Part shown: piece after piece, positions 1 through 8,962 of the stretch
Position numbering within the stretch: the stretch's first letter is position 1
Layout of the letters: every line of letters starts with the position of its first letter
Assembly (NCBI GenBank): GCA_026394215.1
Contig: JAPKYR010000198.1
Span: 1 to 50,037 of the forward strand
DNA: 50,037 nucleotides
Direction: 5' to 3'
From: a bacterium
GTDB taxonomy: Bacteria; JAJVIF01; JAPKYR01
Notes under the pieces: generated by a model
What the model was told of the DNA's origin: nothing
Databases searched by the model: none
Seen by the model: the letters and a program-made list of their open reading frames with translations, nothing else
Position numbers and translations under genes: made by a program

Positions 1-402
1 GGGATATTGATCGCCACCCTGCTTTCGGACAGTACTATAGGTGGTCCGGAAATCAACGATCCGCTGAATCCGGACGATCCGGGCGGAACGCAGCAGGGAG
101 GTTCCGATCCGCATATCGGCAATCCCTATGGAACCGGAGGAATAGATCCCGGAACGATTATCAATCTGGACGATACATATGGATGGGTGCTGGTTCCCGG
201 GACCACGGCGGAAGTCATAATGGTCGGGGATAGTAGCGATAACGAAGGCTACAAGGGATTTGAGATCGACCATGTCGGCTATGTTACGGGCACCGACGGA
301 ATCCTAGATTATGTGACCGACTATCAGGAACTCGCATATGGGCAGTATTACGACCGAACGTCGGAAGCTATGAACGCGTTCAGGTCGATTGGAATGGATT
401 AA
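1..402 (+). CDS. 3' end of a gene entering from upstream of the window. It is a paralog of the C-terminal part of the next gene (Gly/Asp/Pro-rich loop plus CUB-like tail). Putative pilus-associated adhesin.
   Basis: The frame is open from nt 1. The loop GGPEINDPLNPDDPGG...DPHIGNP mirrors GGPIINDPFGGGGDPNIGDP of ORF 420..2105. The tail VLVPGTTAEVIMVGDSSDNEGYKGFEIDHVGYV mirrors GDTIVIHFISNNANNTYDSGYRGFSLDRVEV of the same ORF. Confidence 0.5.
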   Translation, partial: GILIATLLSDSTIGGPEINDPLNPDDPGGTQQGGSDPHIGNPYGTGGIDPGTIINLDDTYGWVLVPGTTAEVIMVGDSSDNEGYKGFEIDHVGYVTGTDGILDYVTDYQELAYGQYYDRTSEAMNAFRSIGMD

Positions 403-419
403 AACAGGAATTCAAGGAA

Positions 420-2105
420 ATGAGAAAATTTCCAGCGACATATTCAATCATGCAAGACTTCAAGCAAGACTTTAAGAATAAACAGCTGTTGAGAAATCAG
501 CGCGGCTTGTCGTTACTAGAGGTCCTGTTGTCGTCTGTTGTCCTTGGGGTAGCGATAACGGGATTTCTTATGGCGCTTTCTACCGCAGCGACAACATCGA
601 CTATCGCGCGTAACGAGAGCGAGCTTGTTTATCTTGCAAGCCTGGAATTTGAAACGCTTCAGGGCGCCAGTTTCGAGGACCTTCCGTTTTTCCAGACGGA
701 TGTTCCGGGTAACATTCAGGAAGTACCGGATTATTTCAAGGACATCGCGATCAGCGAAGAAAACGGCGGGAACACGGTGGTCGGAGCGTCGGGAGACCTT
801 CAAACCGCCTATGATACATATTCGAGATATGCGGCTTTTGACGGTAAGCGCGCGAATTTCAACCAGGATGCCACTCCGACAAGGTGGATGGGCGATAAGA
901 ATCTTCTTGCGTGGGATGAAAATAGCGGCGGACCGATTATTAACGATCCGTTCGGCGGGGGCGGCGATCCGAATATCGGCGATCCGGGCGGCGGAGATCC
1001 GAATGGCGGAGATACCGGATTTGCTCCCGATGATTTCCAGTACCTTTTCTGCGCATTCCCGGAATTGACCACAATTTCCAGAATTCTGTATGATAACAGG
1101 TTCAATGTGTCGGAGAAGATGGGAGTCCCGACCGATCATATGGATTATCTCCCGCATCTGGACGACACATGGCAGAGGAATTTCGAGTTTTTCTTTTCCG
1201 ACAGGGTATTGAACTACGGCGATATCTACGACCCGTGGAAGCATGAAAATACTCCGATTTTATTTACAAAAGACCTTGGTTACGGTTCATCGGATATACA
1301 GGTAATTTTCGACAATGCCGTTGAGCCGCTTAAAGCGGGTATTATCGGGGTTGAAGGTATCGACACATATACCGATTTCGATCCTGCGTTCCATTATCCG
1401 TACGTGAGCGAGATCGAAGTTTATGGATTTAATAACGCGACGAATTATGTGGGGTTCTGGGAGACCCGGAGCGGGGAAATGCAGTTTGACAACGTAATCA
1501 TGTATTTTCCGAATTACCTCGATTCGGGATTCGACCTTGCGCGAAGGACTTATATCGACGCCGACAGTTTAGATGCATCGATACGCCAGAGGAAAAATCT
1601 GGTGCATGTCGAGATCGAGTTTTATTCGGCGACAAGTGAGACGAGAAATTCGCAGTGGCAGAGACTGACATGGTGGCAATCGGATGACAGCGAGCTGGCA
1701 AAGTTCAGCACAAGTTTTTACAGGGATGAGCCGACCAGGGTGGATCGTCTGCCGAACCTGAAAGATAAACCGGAACATGAAGTTTATGATAACGACGAAG
1801 ATTTACTTTTCCCGTACACTGTACCCGGCGCGTCTGAGATTCGCGGTCAGTTCGGCGATTTCGATCTGGAGCCGGGTCCTGGAACCGATTATATAACGGT
1901 CGAGGACGGAGATGGAAACGTCTACATGGGGCCCCTCGATGGGAGCACGGGTCTTAACGCATGGACGCCCTGGATTCCGGGAGACACGATCGTTATTCAT
2001 TTCATTTCCAACAACGCAAATAATACATACGATTCGGGATACAGGGGGTTTTCGCTGGATAGAGTGGAAGTCAAGTGGGTAGGGACAGGCGGCAGTACTC
2101 CATAA
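420..2105 (+). CDS. Large (561 aa) prepilin-type protein with a PilV-like class III signal and N-terminal helix, a Gly/Asp/Pro-rich loop and a CUB-like C-terminal module. Putative tip adhesin or minor pilin.
   Basis: The N-terminus ...LLRNQRG|LSLLEVLLSSVVLGVAITGFLMAL has Gly at -1, Glu at +5 and a hydrophobic helix. There is a GGPIINDPFGGGGDPNIGDPGGGDPNGGD loop. The C-terminus is DYITVEDGDGNVYMGPLDGS...GDTIVIHFISNNANNTYDSGYRGFSLDRVEV. Confidence 0.65.
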   Translation: MRKFPATYSIMQDFKQDFKNKQLLRNQRGLSLLEVLLSSVVLGVAITGFLMALSTAATTSTIARNESELVYLASLEFETLQGASFEDLPFFQTDVPGNIQEVPDYFKDIAISEENGGNTVVGASGDLQTAYDTYSRYAAFDGKRANFNQDATPTRWMGDKNLLAWDENSGGPIINDPFGGGGDPNIGDPGGGDPNGGDTGFAPDDFQYLFCAFPELTTISRILYDNRFNVSEKMGVPTDHMDYLPHLDDTWQRNFEFFFSDRVLNYGDIYDPWKHENTPILFTKDLGYGSSDIQVIFDNAVEPLKAGIIGVEGIDTYTDFDPAFHYPYVSEIEVYGFNNATNYVGFWETRSGEMQFDNVIMYFPNYLDSGFDLARRTYIDADSLDASIRQRKNLVHVEIEFYSATSETRNSQWQRLTWWQSDDSELAKFSTSFYRDEPTRVDRLPNLKDKPEHEVYDNDEDLLFPYTVPGASEIRGQFGDFDLEPGPGTDYITVEDGDGNVYMGPLDGSTGLNAWTPWIPGDTIVIHFISNNANNTYDSGYRGFSLDRVEVKWVGTGGSTP

Positions 2106-2117
2106 GCAGAGACACAG

Positions 2118-2774
2118 ATGGTGAACAGGTTTAAAATAAAGAGAAAATTGAGCGAGAAAGGGTTCACCCTGATCGAGGCTCTTGTTGTTGTCGCGCTGAC
2201 GACAATGATCTCTGTCGGGATAATCGCAGCGCTTCTCGAAGGTATGGACACGTTGCATACCATTACAGATACGCAGTCGGTCGAATTCGGACATCAGCGC
2301 GCGATGACGATGTTCACCGACGATGTTCAGGCTGCGAAATGGTTTTACAACGGGACCCAGACTCAGGGAGATGGATCGAATGTACCTCGCGATACTGTGG
2401 CGCCGTTTGAATTGACATTGGGATATCCCGGTTCCGGTGGAGATGAAATCTGGGTCAGATACTCGATTCAGTACGGCGCGTTCACCCGCGAAACGTATCT
2501 GCTGAGGACGGTTATGACGAAAAGCGGGCTGAATCAGGGCTCGACGATTGTTACATCGGGAGTCGCAAATCTGTTTTTTAATTATTTCGATGAAGGCGGA
2601 ACATTTACGGACAAAATCTCTGAGGTCTGGCGTATACAGATGGTTTTAAGCGTCAATTTCGGAGGCACGACGAAGCAGCGTGAGTATGATGTGTCGCTGA
2701 GGAATACGAATGAGGGGGTCGGGGTACCACCGGGAGATTTCGACGATTTTGAAACGCTTTATTTCAAGAAGTAA
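2118..2774 (+). CDS. Minor pilin, PilW/GspJ-like (218 aa).
   Basis: Prepilin motif ...LSEKG|FTLIEALVVVALTTMISVGIIAAL. Its size and position directly after the large prepilin-type gene also fit. It starts 12 nt after the previous stop. Confidence 0.65.
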   Translation: MVNRFKIKRKLSEKGFTLIEALVVVALTTMISVGIIAALLEGMDTLHTITDTQSVEFGHQRAMTMFTDDVQAAKWFYNGTQTQGDGSNVPRDTVAPFELTLGYPGSGGDEIWVRYSIQYGAFTRETYLLRTVMTKSGLNQGSTIVTSGVANLFFNYFDEGGTFTDKISEVWRIQMVLSVNFGGTTKQREYDVSLRNTNEGVGVPPGDFDDFETLYFKK

Positions 2775-2805
2775 GTTTTTAAAAAATCGAAGAAAGACAG
2801 AAATC

Positions 2806-3327
2806 ATGAAGTTTGAAGATTTAAATATTGAGCCTATCGTACTTCCCGAGAGGGAAAGCCAGACCGGATATACGCTTCTGGAGATCCTCGGCGTGACCGT
2901 GCTTGCGGTTATCGTTGTCATGATGGCGCAGGGGATGGTCTCGAGCTATAAGAAGTACTCGGTCGAGGAAATCGCGGTTCAAAGGCTGAAGGAACTTTCC
3001 AAATTCGAACACGAGTATCGATATCTTAACGACCCAACGGTGAATCCGACCAGGGTATACGGGACATTTTTCGATTTGCAGAATGCGGGAATGATATCCG
3101 ATGTATACTCGCAATCGGACGAGAGGCGGCATACTATCGATGCGTACGTCCCGAATTACCGCCTTGAGTTCATGAAGAGCGAGGAGGAATCGGACATTGA
3201 GCCGGACGCGTTTCAATACATGATCATGGCGATCCCGCTGTACAATTCGATGGGATTGAAAACGTTCTACGTACAGGAGGACGGCGAGGTTTATTTCCAG
3301 GATTTCATTTTTCTGCAGCCAAGATAG
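2806..3327 (+). CDS. Type IV pilin-like protein, paralog 1 of 12.
   Basis: I chose ATG 2806 inside ORF 2710..3327 because the upstream part overlaps the previous gene. Motif ...RESQTG|YTLLEILGVTVLAVIVVMMA, conserved helix RLKELSKFEHEY, tail MGLKTFYVQEDGEVY. Confidence 0.8.
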   Translation: MKFEDLNIEPIVLPERESQTGYTLLEILGVTVLAVIVVMMAQGMVSSYKKYSVEEIAVQRLKELSKFEHEYRYLNDPTVNPTRVYGTFFDLQNAGMISDVYSQSDERRHTIDAYVPNYRLEFMKSEEESDIEPDAFQYMIMAIPLYNSMGLKTFYVQEDGEVYFQDFIFLQPR

Positions 3328-3346
3328 GTCCGGAGGATAAATAACG

Positions 3347-3853
3347 TTGATGTTTGGATTAAGAATAAATACAAAACACAGCCAGGCAGGATACACGTTG
3401 ATGGAAGTCCTGATAGTCGCGACGATAATCGGGATCCTGCTGTCTGTCGGGACTGTACAATATCTTGAGGTCAAGCGCCGCGCGAAGGAAAAACTCGCGG
3501 TTTCGAGGCTTGCCCTGCTCGCGACATATGAGCGCATGTATCTAAGAACCTATGGGACCTATGGCGAATGGGACGATCTTCGCGAAGAGGGGTATATCGC
3601 GCAGGATTACAATTATCAGAACGATGATCTGACGCACTACGACCGTCCGGTTTATGTTCCGGAATACACGCTCGAATTTGCTCTCGATGATACCAACGGT
3701 GGATTCAGAATTACAGCGAAGCCGGTGCTTCAACAGGCGCATTTATGGTATCCAAGGTGGGTGATTCTGGGCGGAATTGATGATTTGAGAAGCGTTTATG
3801 TAGAAGAGGATGGAGTCGTGAGGTGGCTTGATTCGGATCGGGCGGTGTATTAG
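3347..3853 (+). CDS. Type IV pilin-like protein, paralog 2 of 12.
   Basis: ...KHSQAG|YTLMEVLIVATIIGILLSVG; tail LRSVYVEEDGVV. Confidence 0.8.
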   Translation: MMFGLRINTKHSQAGYTLMEVLIVATIIGILLSVGTVQYLEVKRRAKEKLAVSRLALLATYERMYLRTYGTYGEWDDLREEGYIAQDYNYQNDDLTHYDRPVYVPEYTLEFALDDTNGGFRITAKPVLQQAHLWYPRWVILGGIDDLRSVYVEEDGVVRWLDSDRAVY

Positions 3854-3869
3854 TTCAAGAGAAAAAGCG

Positions 3870-4388
3870 ATGCAAGAGACAGAGAAACAGAAGGGCTGGA
3901 CGTTAATCGAGATACTGTCAGTATGCTTTATGATCATGATCATTTTGTCATACGCGCTGCCGTCATATATGCAGGCGAGGAGAATTACATACGAGGACAA
4001 TGCAATCGGACGGCTCCAGAGGATTGCTTTCGCGGAGTCGAGATATTATAACGAGTATGGAAGATTTGGAAATTTTACGGAGCTGGTTGAAGCGTCGTAC
4101 ATTCCGAGAGGTTATTCGACCTACTTTGCATTCAGCAAAGACGCCATGTCGGAATCGAGTATTTTACCTTTCATCGACAGGTATTCGCTTTCATTCATGG
4201 TGCCGAATAACGTGAATTCGCTTTATTACAAGGTGGACGCGATACCGATCGGGTACAATAGAATGGGATTAAGGACATTTAACATAAATTTGTTTATCAC
4301 CGGATCGACCACCCCGGATAACATATTGCAGAATCCGCCCGTACGGGAGGGTCTGGAATCCAATGGAAAGATTGTAGTTGAATTTTAA
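3870..4388 (+). CDS. Type IV pilin-like protein, paralog 3 of 12.
   Basis: ATG 3870 inside ORF 3828..4388. MQETEKQKG|WTLIEILSVCFMIMIIL is the shortest leader of the set. Tail MGLRTFNINLF. Confidence 0.8.
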   Translation: MQETEKQKGWTLIEILSVCFMIMIILSYALPSYMQARRITYEDNAIGRLQRIAFAESRYYNEYGRFGNFTELVEASYIPRGYSTYFAFSKDAMSESSILPFIDRYSLSFMVPNNVNSLYYKVDAIPIGYNRMGLRTFNINLFITGSTTPDNILQNPPVREGLESNGKIVVEF

Positions 4389-4407
4389 GCTGTTTGAAGT
4401 GAAAAAA

Positions 4408-4926
4408 ATGGCAGAAGTACAGGATCACATTATGAATGAGTCGCCTGAAAACAGGAAGCCTGAGACGCCTGAAAAGCGTAAACGGGCCGGTTATACGATG
4501 GTCGAGATAATGCTCGCGGTTGGGATGATAGCGATTATTGCGACAATGGCGATTCCGAATCTTCAGCACGCGAGGCAGAACGGGCTTGAAACCGCCGCGA
4601 TACAGGGATTGAAAGAACTATCGGAAGCGGAAGAGATTTACTACGACACTTATGGATTTTACACGGACGGGCACGACCAGGTTCAGGATTTGAGAAGGGT
4701 CGATGCGATTGATTCCAAGGCCTATCATCGTTTGAGTCTCAGAAGGGGAGTATTTATAAAGGGATACTCTGTCCAGTTTTTGAACCTTGGGGAATTTCCC
4801 GAGAATTACTCGATTATCGCGTGGCCGCTCGAGCGCGGGATGGATCTCAAGACATTTATGGTCATCAGCGATGGCCTGGTAAGGGACTACGGGGAGGATC
4901 ATGAAGCTCCGGTAACAATTTATTGA
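4408..4926 (+). CDS. Type IV pilin-like protein, paralog 4 of 12.
   Basis: ATG 4408 (TTG 4378 is an alternative start). ...PEKRKRAG|YTMVEIMLAVGMIAIIATMAIPNL; tail MDLKTFMVISDGLV. Confidence 0.8.
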   Translation: MAEVQDHIMNESPENRKPETPEKRKRAGYTMVEIMLAVGMIAIIATMAIPNLQHARQNGLETAAIQGLKELSEAEEIYYDTYGFYTDGHDQVQDLRRVDAIDSKAYHRLSLRRGVFIKGYSVQFLNLGEFPENYSIIAWPLERGMDLKTFMVISDGLVRDYGEDHEAPVTIY

Positions 4927-4946
4927 AATCAGGCAATTGAAACAGG

Positions 4947-5489
4947 ATGAATGAAATGAGGATAAAAAAATACGGAAGCCAGAAAGGATTTACACTGCTC
5001 GAAGTTTTAGTGGTGGTCGGGATAATCGGGATTTTAACAGTCCTCGCGATTCCGGCCACGCGTAAGGTTGAGAAAGTGGTTATGGAAACCGGATGTATCA
5101 AAGGGCTTCACGTGATCCAGGAAGCGATGGAGATGTATTACCGCGAGACCGGATTCTACCCTGTCCATACTGAAGAGCCGTCGAGATTGTTCTTCCGCGA
5201 AATCGACAGGTATCTTCCGGAAACGTATTACATTCGCCACGCAGAGGATCAGTTTATTCGCGGCTACCGGCTTCTTGCCTACGGAATTCCACCGGAAGGC
5301 CATGGCGGGGAGACATCGACAGGCGGCGGCTTCGGAGGGTTTGGCGGGGGACCAAGCGTGGATCGATGGGGGAGCCATATGTACGTGCTGATGGCGATCC
5401 CGATTCAGAACCATCTGGGGCTGAGGACGTTTTACCTCGATCCAGGCGGAGTAGTAACGACGGACGAAGACAGACGGGAACCGTATTGA
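4947..5489 (+). CDS. Type IV pilin-like protein, paralog 5 of 12.
   Basis: ...YGSQKG|FTLLEVLVVVGIIGILTVLAIP; Gly-rich insert GGETSTGGGFGGFGGGP; tail LGLRTFYLDPGGVV. Confidence 0.85.
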   Translation: MNEMRIKKYGSQKGFTLLEVLVVVGIIGILTVLAIPATRKVEKVVMETGCIKGLHVIQEAMEMYYRETGFYPVHTEEPSRLFFREIDRYLPETYYIRHAEDQFIRGYRLLAYGIPPEGHGGETSTGGGFGGFGGGPSVDRWGSHMYVLMAIPIQNHLGLRTFYLDPGGVVTTDEDRREPY

Positions 5490-5524
5490 TAAATGTAAAT
5501 AAGTAATATTAGCGGAGAAACGCT

Positions 5525-6028
5525 ATGCAAGATGAAATGAAAGAAAAATACCTTGATGATGACACCGGAGAAAATGAAGAGAACTCCGAAGGCAGGGGGT
5601 TTACCCTGCTGGAAATTCTTCTCGTGGTTTCTATCATCACGGTAATAGTGGCGATGGCTCTTCCCCAGTTGAGCGGGGTTAAGAGGTCGGCTTACGAGCT
5701 TGGCGCGATGAAAGCATTAAACGCGCTCGGAACTGCGGAGCTGGCATACAGGAATGAATACAGGCATTTCACGTCGTTCGAAGGTCTCAGGATCAGGGGA
5801 TATGTAAATGAGAGGCTCAGGAAATTCGGGCCCACCGATCGTGAACGGATGGCGAAGCATTATTCTATTAATTACTACGTTATGGATACGTTCAAGAATT
5901 TCACGTACGGTTACCAGTTCATAGCGTTTCCCGATCGCGGTAATTCATATAACCTTCACACGTTCAGGATTTTGACCGACGGCACGGTCGAGCAGTCTAG
6001 CGACGGAGTTTACTGGGTGCCGCGCTGA
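5525..6028 (+). CDS. Type IV pilin-like protein, paralog 6 of 12.
   Basis: ...ENSEGRG|FTLLEILLVVSIITVIVAMALPQL; GGAG just upstream of the ATG; tail YNLHTFRILTDGTV. Confidence 0.85.
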   Translation: MQDEMKEKYLDDDTGENEENSEGRGFTLLEILLVVSIITVIVAMALPQLSGVKRSAYELGAMKALNALGTAELAYRNEYRHFTSFEGLRIRGYVNERLRKFGPTDRERMAKHYSINYYVMDTFKNFTYGYQFIAFPDRGNSYNLHTFRILTDGTVEQSSDGVYWVPR

Positions 6029-6081
6029 TCGTTGAAAGTTGAAGGCGGAACAGACAGGAAAAGTCGATTACAGGTGTAAAT

Positions 6082-6588
6082 ATGGATGAAGAAAAAAGAA
6101 ATCCGGAAGAACAAGAAAAGGAAAAGAAAAAAGACTCGGGCTTTACGCTGGTCGAGGTACTGACGGTTGCGCTGATAATCGCGATGATAGTAACGTTCGG
6201 ATTTGCGTCGTTCAGGAAATCCCGTCAGAGGGCGATTGAAACGCAGGGGATTCATGCGATGAAGGCGCTGGCGTCGGCGATGGAAGCGCATTTCAACGAT
6301 AATGGATTTTATCCTTTGACTTTCTCCGGGCTCCAGCCGACTTATGTAAATCCATACTATGTTTTGTCCGATTCGCCCACCAAGGAACGTTCGGTAGCCT
6401 TCGTCCAGGGATTCACCTGTTTCTGGTATGTTAATCCGCTTAATCCGCAGAGATATTCCATCAGGGCGAAGGGAATCTATCGGCATGACTGGACAATCAG
6501 CGACTGGCTCGAATTGAGAGTGACGGATCGCGGAGTGGTTGAGGGCAGACGATATTCCGCCGGGCGAAGCGAATTCCGTCCGTTGTAA
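6082..6588 (+). CDS. Type IV pilin-like protein, paralog 7 of 12.
   Basis: ...KEKKKDSG|FTLVEVLTVALIIAMIVTFGF; AGGTG upstream of the ATG; tail LELRVTDRGVV. Confidence 0.8.
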   Translation: MDEEKRNPEEQEKEKKKDSGFTLVEVLTVALIIAMIVTFGFASFRKSRQRAIETQGIHAMKALASAMEAHFNDNGFYPLTFSGLQPTYVNPYYVLSDSPTKERSVAFVQGFTCFWYVNPLNPQRYSIRAKGIYRHDWTISDWLELRVTDRGVVEGRRYSAGRSEFRPL

Positions 6589-6669
6589 GGCTGCAATATA
6601 AAAGAACGAAAGAGAATGTAATATAGAGATAGAAGAACAGATCCTGGCAGTACGGGTAGGTTAAAAAAA

Positions 6670-7167
6670 ATGAAATTGACCGAAATAAACACAGAACGCA
6701 GGAGAAAAACCGGAAGGGAAGCCGAAGCCGGTTTCACGCTGATAGAAATGGTCCTGGTGGCGACGCTGATCGCGATCCTGTCCACTATAGCGATAGCGAG
6801 CATGTCGCATGCCAGGTATAAGGCCATGGAATCCGGCGCGGCGCAGGCATTGAAGGCGATAGCCCAGGCTGAAGAGATGTACCTGATGGATAATGGAAAG
6901 TACACGTTCCATTTTTCATCGCTTGTGAACGTCTATCTTCCGCGGGCATACTCGGTGGGCGATCAATATAATGTTTTCGCCAAGAATTATTCGCTCTACT
7001 GGCTGTATTTCGGTCACGGGGGACCAAGACCGCCGATCGCGAATTATTCGGTGCTTGGATACACGGTATTCGCGATGCCTAACGACAGGAATCTGAAAAC
7101 ATTTGTAATCACGGATGACGGCGCAGTACAGGTAGCACATACATTGACAAACTGGTCGCCATATTGA
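6670..7167 (+). CDS. Type IV pilin-like protein, paralog 8 of 12.
   Basis: ...GREAEAG|FTLIEMVLVATLIAILSTIAIAS; tail RNLKTFVITDDGAV. Confidence 0.85.
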   Translation: MKLTEINTERRRKTGREAEAGFTLIEMVLVATLIAILSTIAIASMSHARYKAMESGAAQALKAIAQAEEMYLMDNGKYTFHFSSLVNVYLPRAYSVGDQYNVFAKNYSLYWLYFGHGGPRPPIANYSVLGYTVFAMPNDRNLKTFVITDDGAVQVAHTLTNWSPY

Positions 7168-7192
7168 TGCCGGAAGCCAGGGTGCTGAAACG

Positions 7193-7744
7193 ATGCTGAG
7201 ATTATTCATAAATAAACGGAAAAAACCAAGGGATTGGCGGCCCCGACGAGACCGCGAGTCCGGTTTCACTTTGGTCGAGGTGTTGACGGTCGCGTTTATC
7301 ATCGGGATACTTGCGACGATGGCGGTCGTCAGCATGAGGGGTGGCAAACGCGTGGCGTTCGAGACCAGGGCGATTGCCGCGGTGAAAAATATCGCCGAGA
7401 ACGAGACCATGTTCTATCAGAGGCATTACGGGTTCGGGACATGGAACGAGATGGAATACGAGGGCGACCTGATCGATCCGGGATATGCAAAAGTCGATGA
7501 TATGAATACGCCATACGATACGCCCATAGCAAATTTGTATTCGTGCGTGGTTATCGTGGTGAAACAAAGGCAGACATTCACCGCGGTTGCATATCCAAGG
7601 GCTAACTCGTTGTGGCACATGAGGACGTTTGCGGTTACAAGCGACGGGAGCATAATGAATTCGCAGGATCATGGATGGTTTTTCTCGCTTTTGTCGACAG
7701 TGCATCCGCTGCTCGATTCGGAGCTTGACCCGTTGCCTCATTAA
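7193..7744 (+). CDS. Type IV pilin-like protein, paralog 9 of 12.
   Basis: ...RRDRESG|FTLVEVLTVAFIIGILATMAVVS; tail WHMRTFAVTSDGSI. The equally long antisense ORF 7202..7741 has no such motif. Confidence 0.8.
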   Translation: MLRLFINKRKKPRDWRPRRDRESGFTLVEVLTVAFIIGILATMAVVSMRGGKRVAFETRAIAAVKNIAENETMFYQRHYGFGTWNEMEYEGDLIDPGYAKVDDMNTPYDTPIANLYSCVVIVVKQRQTFTAVAYPRANSLWHMRTFAVTSDGSIMNSQDHGWFFSLLSTVHPLLDSELDPLPH

Positions 7745-7876
7745 TGAAATATTGATTTGATAAAAAATGGACCGGAAGTAAAAATCGGTTCGTAAATATT
7801 TAAAGAAAATAAAAGCTGAAAAAGAGAAAAAGACCGGATACCCGGCGTGAAAACCGGGGTACGGAGGCTAATAAAG

Positions 7877-8314
7877 ATGATGAAACTCTTGAAATCAAGG
7901 GATAACGATACCCGGGGATTTACCCTGATCGAGGTACTGGTGGTGGCGAGCATTATCGGCATACTGGCCGCCATAGCGATTCCGTCCCTGGCGGGGTCCA
8001 AGAAAAGCGCGTATGAGGCGGCATGCCTTAAAGCGCTCAGGAGTATCACGGACGCCGAGGAGATGTTCTACCGTGATAATTACCAGTACACGTCGGACTG
8101 GGGGTCCCTGGATGATTACCTGCCATCGGCATATTCGGGCTGGGAGTACAAAGCGTATTTCATCCAGGGATACTCGATAGCGATGGTGACGTCGCAATCG
8201 TCCCAGAGGTATACATGCTGGGCGATACCGCAGGACGCGGGACGTTTGAGGCTTAATACGTTCGCGATTATGGACGACGCGATACCGCTGAACGCGGACT
8301 TTACGCCGAAATAA
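7877..8314 (+). CDS. Type IV pilin-like protein, paralog 10 of 12.
   Basis: ATG 7877 is preceded by GGAGG at 7863-7867 (GTG 7847 is an alternative start). ...RDNDTRG|FTLIEVLVVASIIGILAAIAIPSL; tail LRLNTFAIMDD. Confidence 0.85.
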   Translation: MMKLLKSRDNDTRGFTLIEVLVVASIIGILAAIAIPSLAGSKKSAYEAACLKALRSITDAEEMFYRDNYQYTSDWGSLDDYLPSAYSGWEYKAYFIQGYSIAMVTSQSSQRYTCWAIPQDAGRLRLNTFAIMDDAIPLNADFTPK

Positions 8315-8336
8315 ACGGGAAGTACGTAAAATTCGT

Positions 8337-8933
8337 ATGACTGACAGGTTAAGAAAACTGGAAAAAGCGCAGAAGGGATACTCCCTTATCGAGATGCTGA
8401 TAGTCACCGCGATGATTGTGATCATGGCTACAATTCCGGTTGCGCTTCTGAGGAAAAGCCGCGAGAAGGTGTTTGAGCTGGACGCGCTAAGGGCGTTGCG
8501 CACGGTGGCGGTTGCATACGAAAATTATTATTCAACACACGATTTTCAATATCCGAACTATCAATCCAGCGGGGCGGTTACGGAAAACAACCAGTTCCAT
8601 AATCCGGAAGCGATCTGGGCCATGCTTAACAGGGAAAATTTGCTCCCTGGAATGTACTCGGGTTTTTACTATGACCGGAAAGACCTGATGGCGCGAGGGT
8701 ATCGATTTTCGATTTTCCCGTCGGATTTCGGGGACAATGTGGAAGCCGGCGCGAAGAATTCGTATGCGTTCGCGATGATCGCGTACGATGGGGGCGTGGG
8801 TCAACGGGACCTTGTAATGGTTCACGGGATGAGGTCTTTCACTACATACCCGACGGCGATTCCGAGGGCAATGGGCGGGATGAACTTAATCAGTACGACA
8901 ATTTTTGCTATGCCGAATCAGTCGGACAGGTAA
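8337..8933 (+). CDS. Type IV pilin-like protein, paralog 11 of 12.
   Basis: ...LEKAQKG|YSLIEMLIVTAMIVIMATIPV; tail HGMRSFTTYP. Confidence 0.8.
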   Translation: MTDRLRKLEKAQKGYSLIEMLIVTAMIVIMATIPVALLRKSREKVFELDALRALRTVAVAYENYYSTHDFQYPNYQSSGAVTENNQFHNPEAIWAMLNRENLLPGMYSGFYYDRKDLMARGYRFSIFPSDFGDNVEAGAKNSYAFAMIAYDGGVGQRDLVMVHGMRSFTTYPTAIPRAMGGMNLISTTIFAMPNQSDR

Positions 8934-8962
8934 AAATTATATATGAATAGAGGATATTAAGT

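Noticed and set aside
516-1244. Long antisense ORFs opposite well-supported genes: 516..1244(-), 2821..3537(-), 7202..7741(-), 13605..14267(-), 22110..22820(-), 24834..25490(-), 30292..31032(+), 32800..33588(+), 44622..45476(-), 46135..46692(-).
   Set aside because: Each lies fully inside a gene whose product has clear family motifs on the other strand. Their translations are Arg/Ser/Pro-rich or low-complexity with no recognisable motif. This is typical of shadow ORFs.
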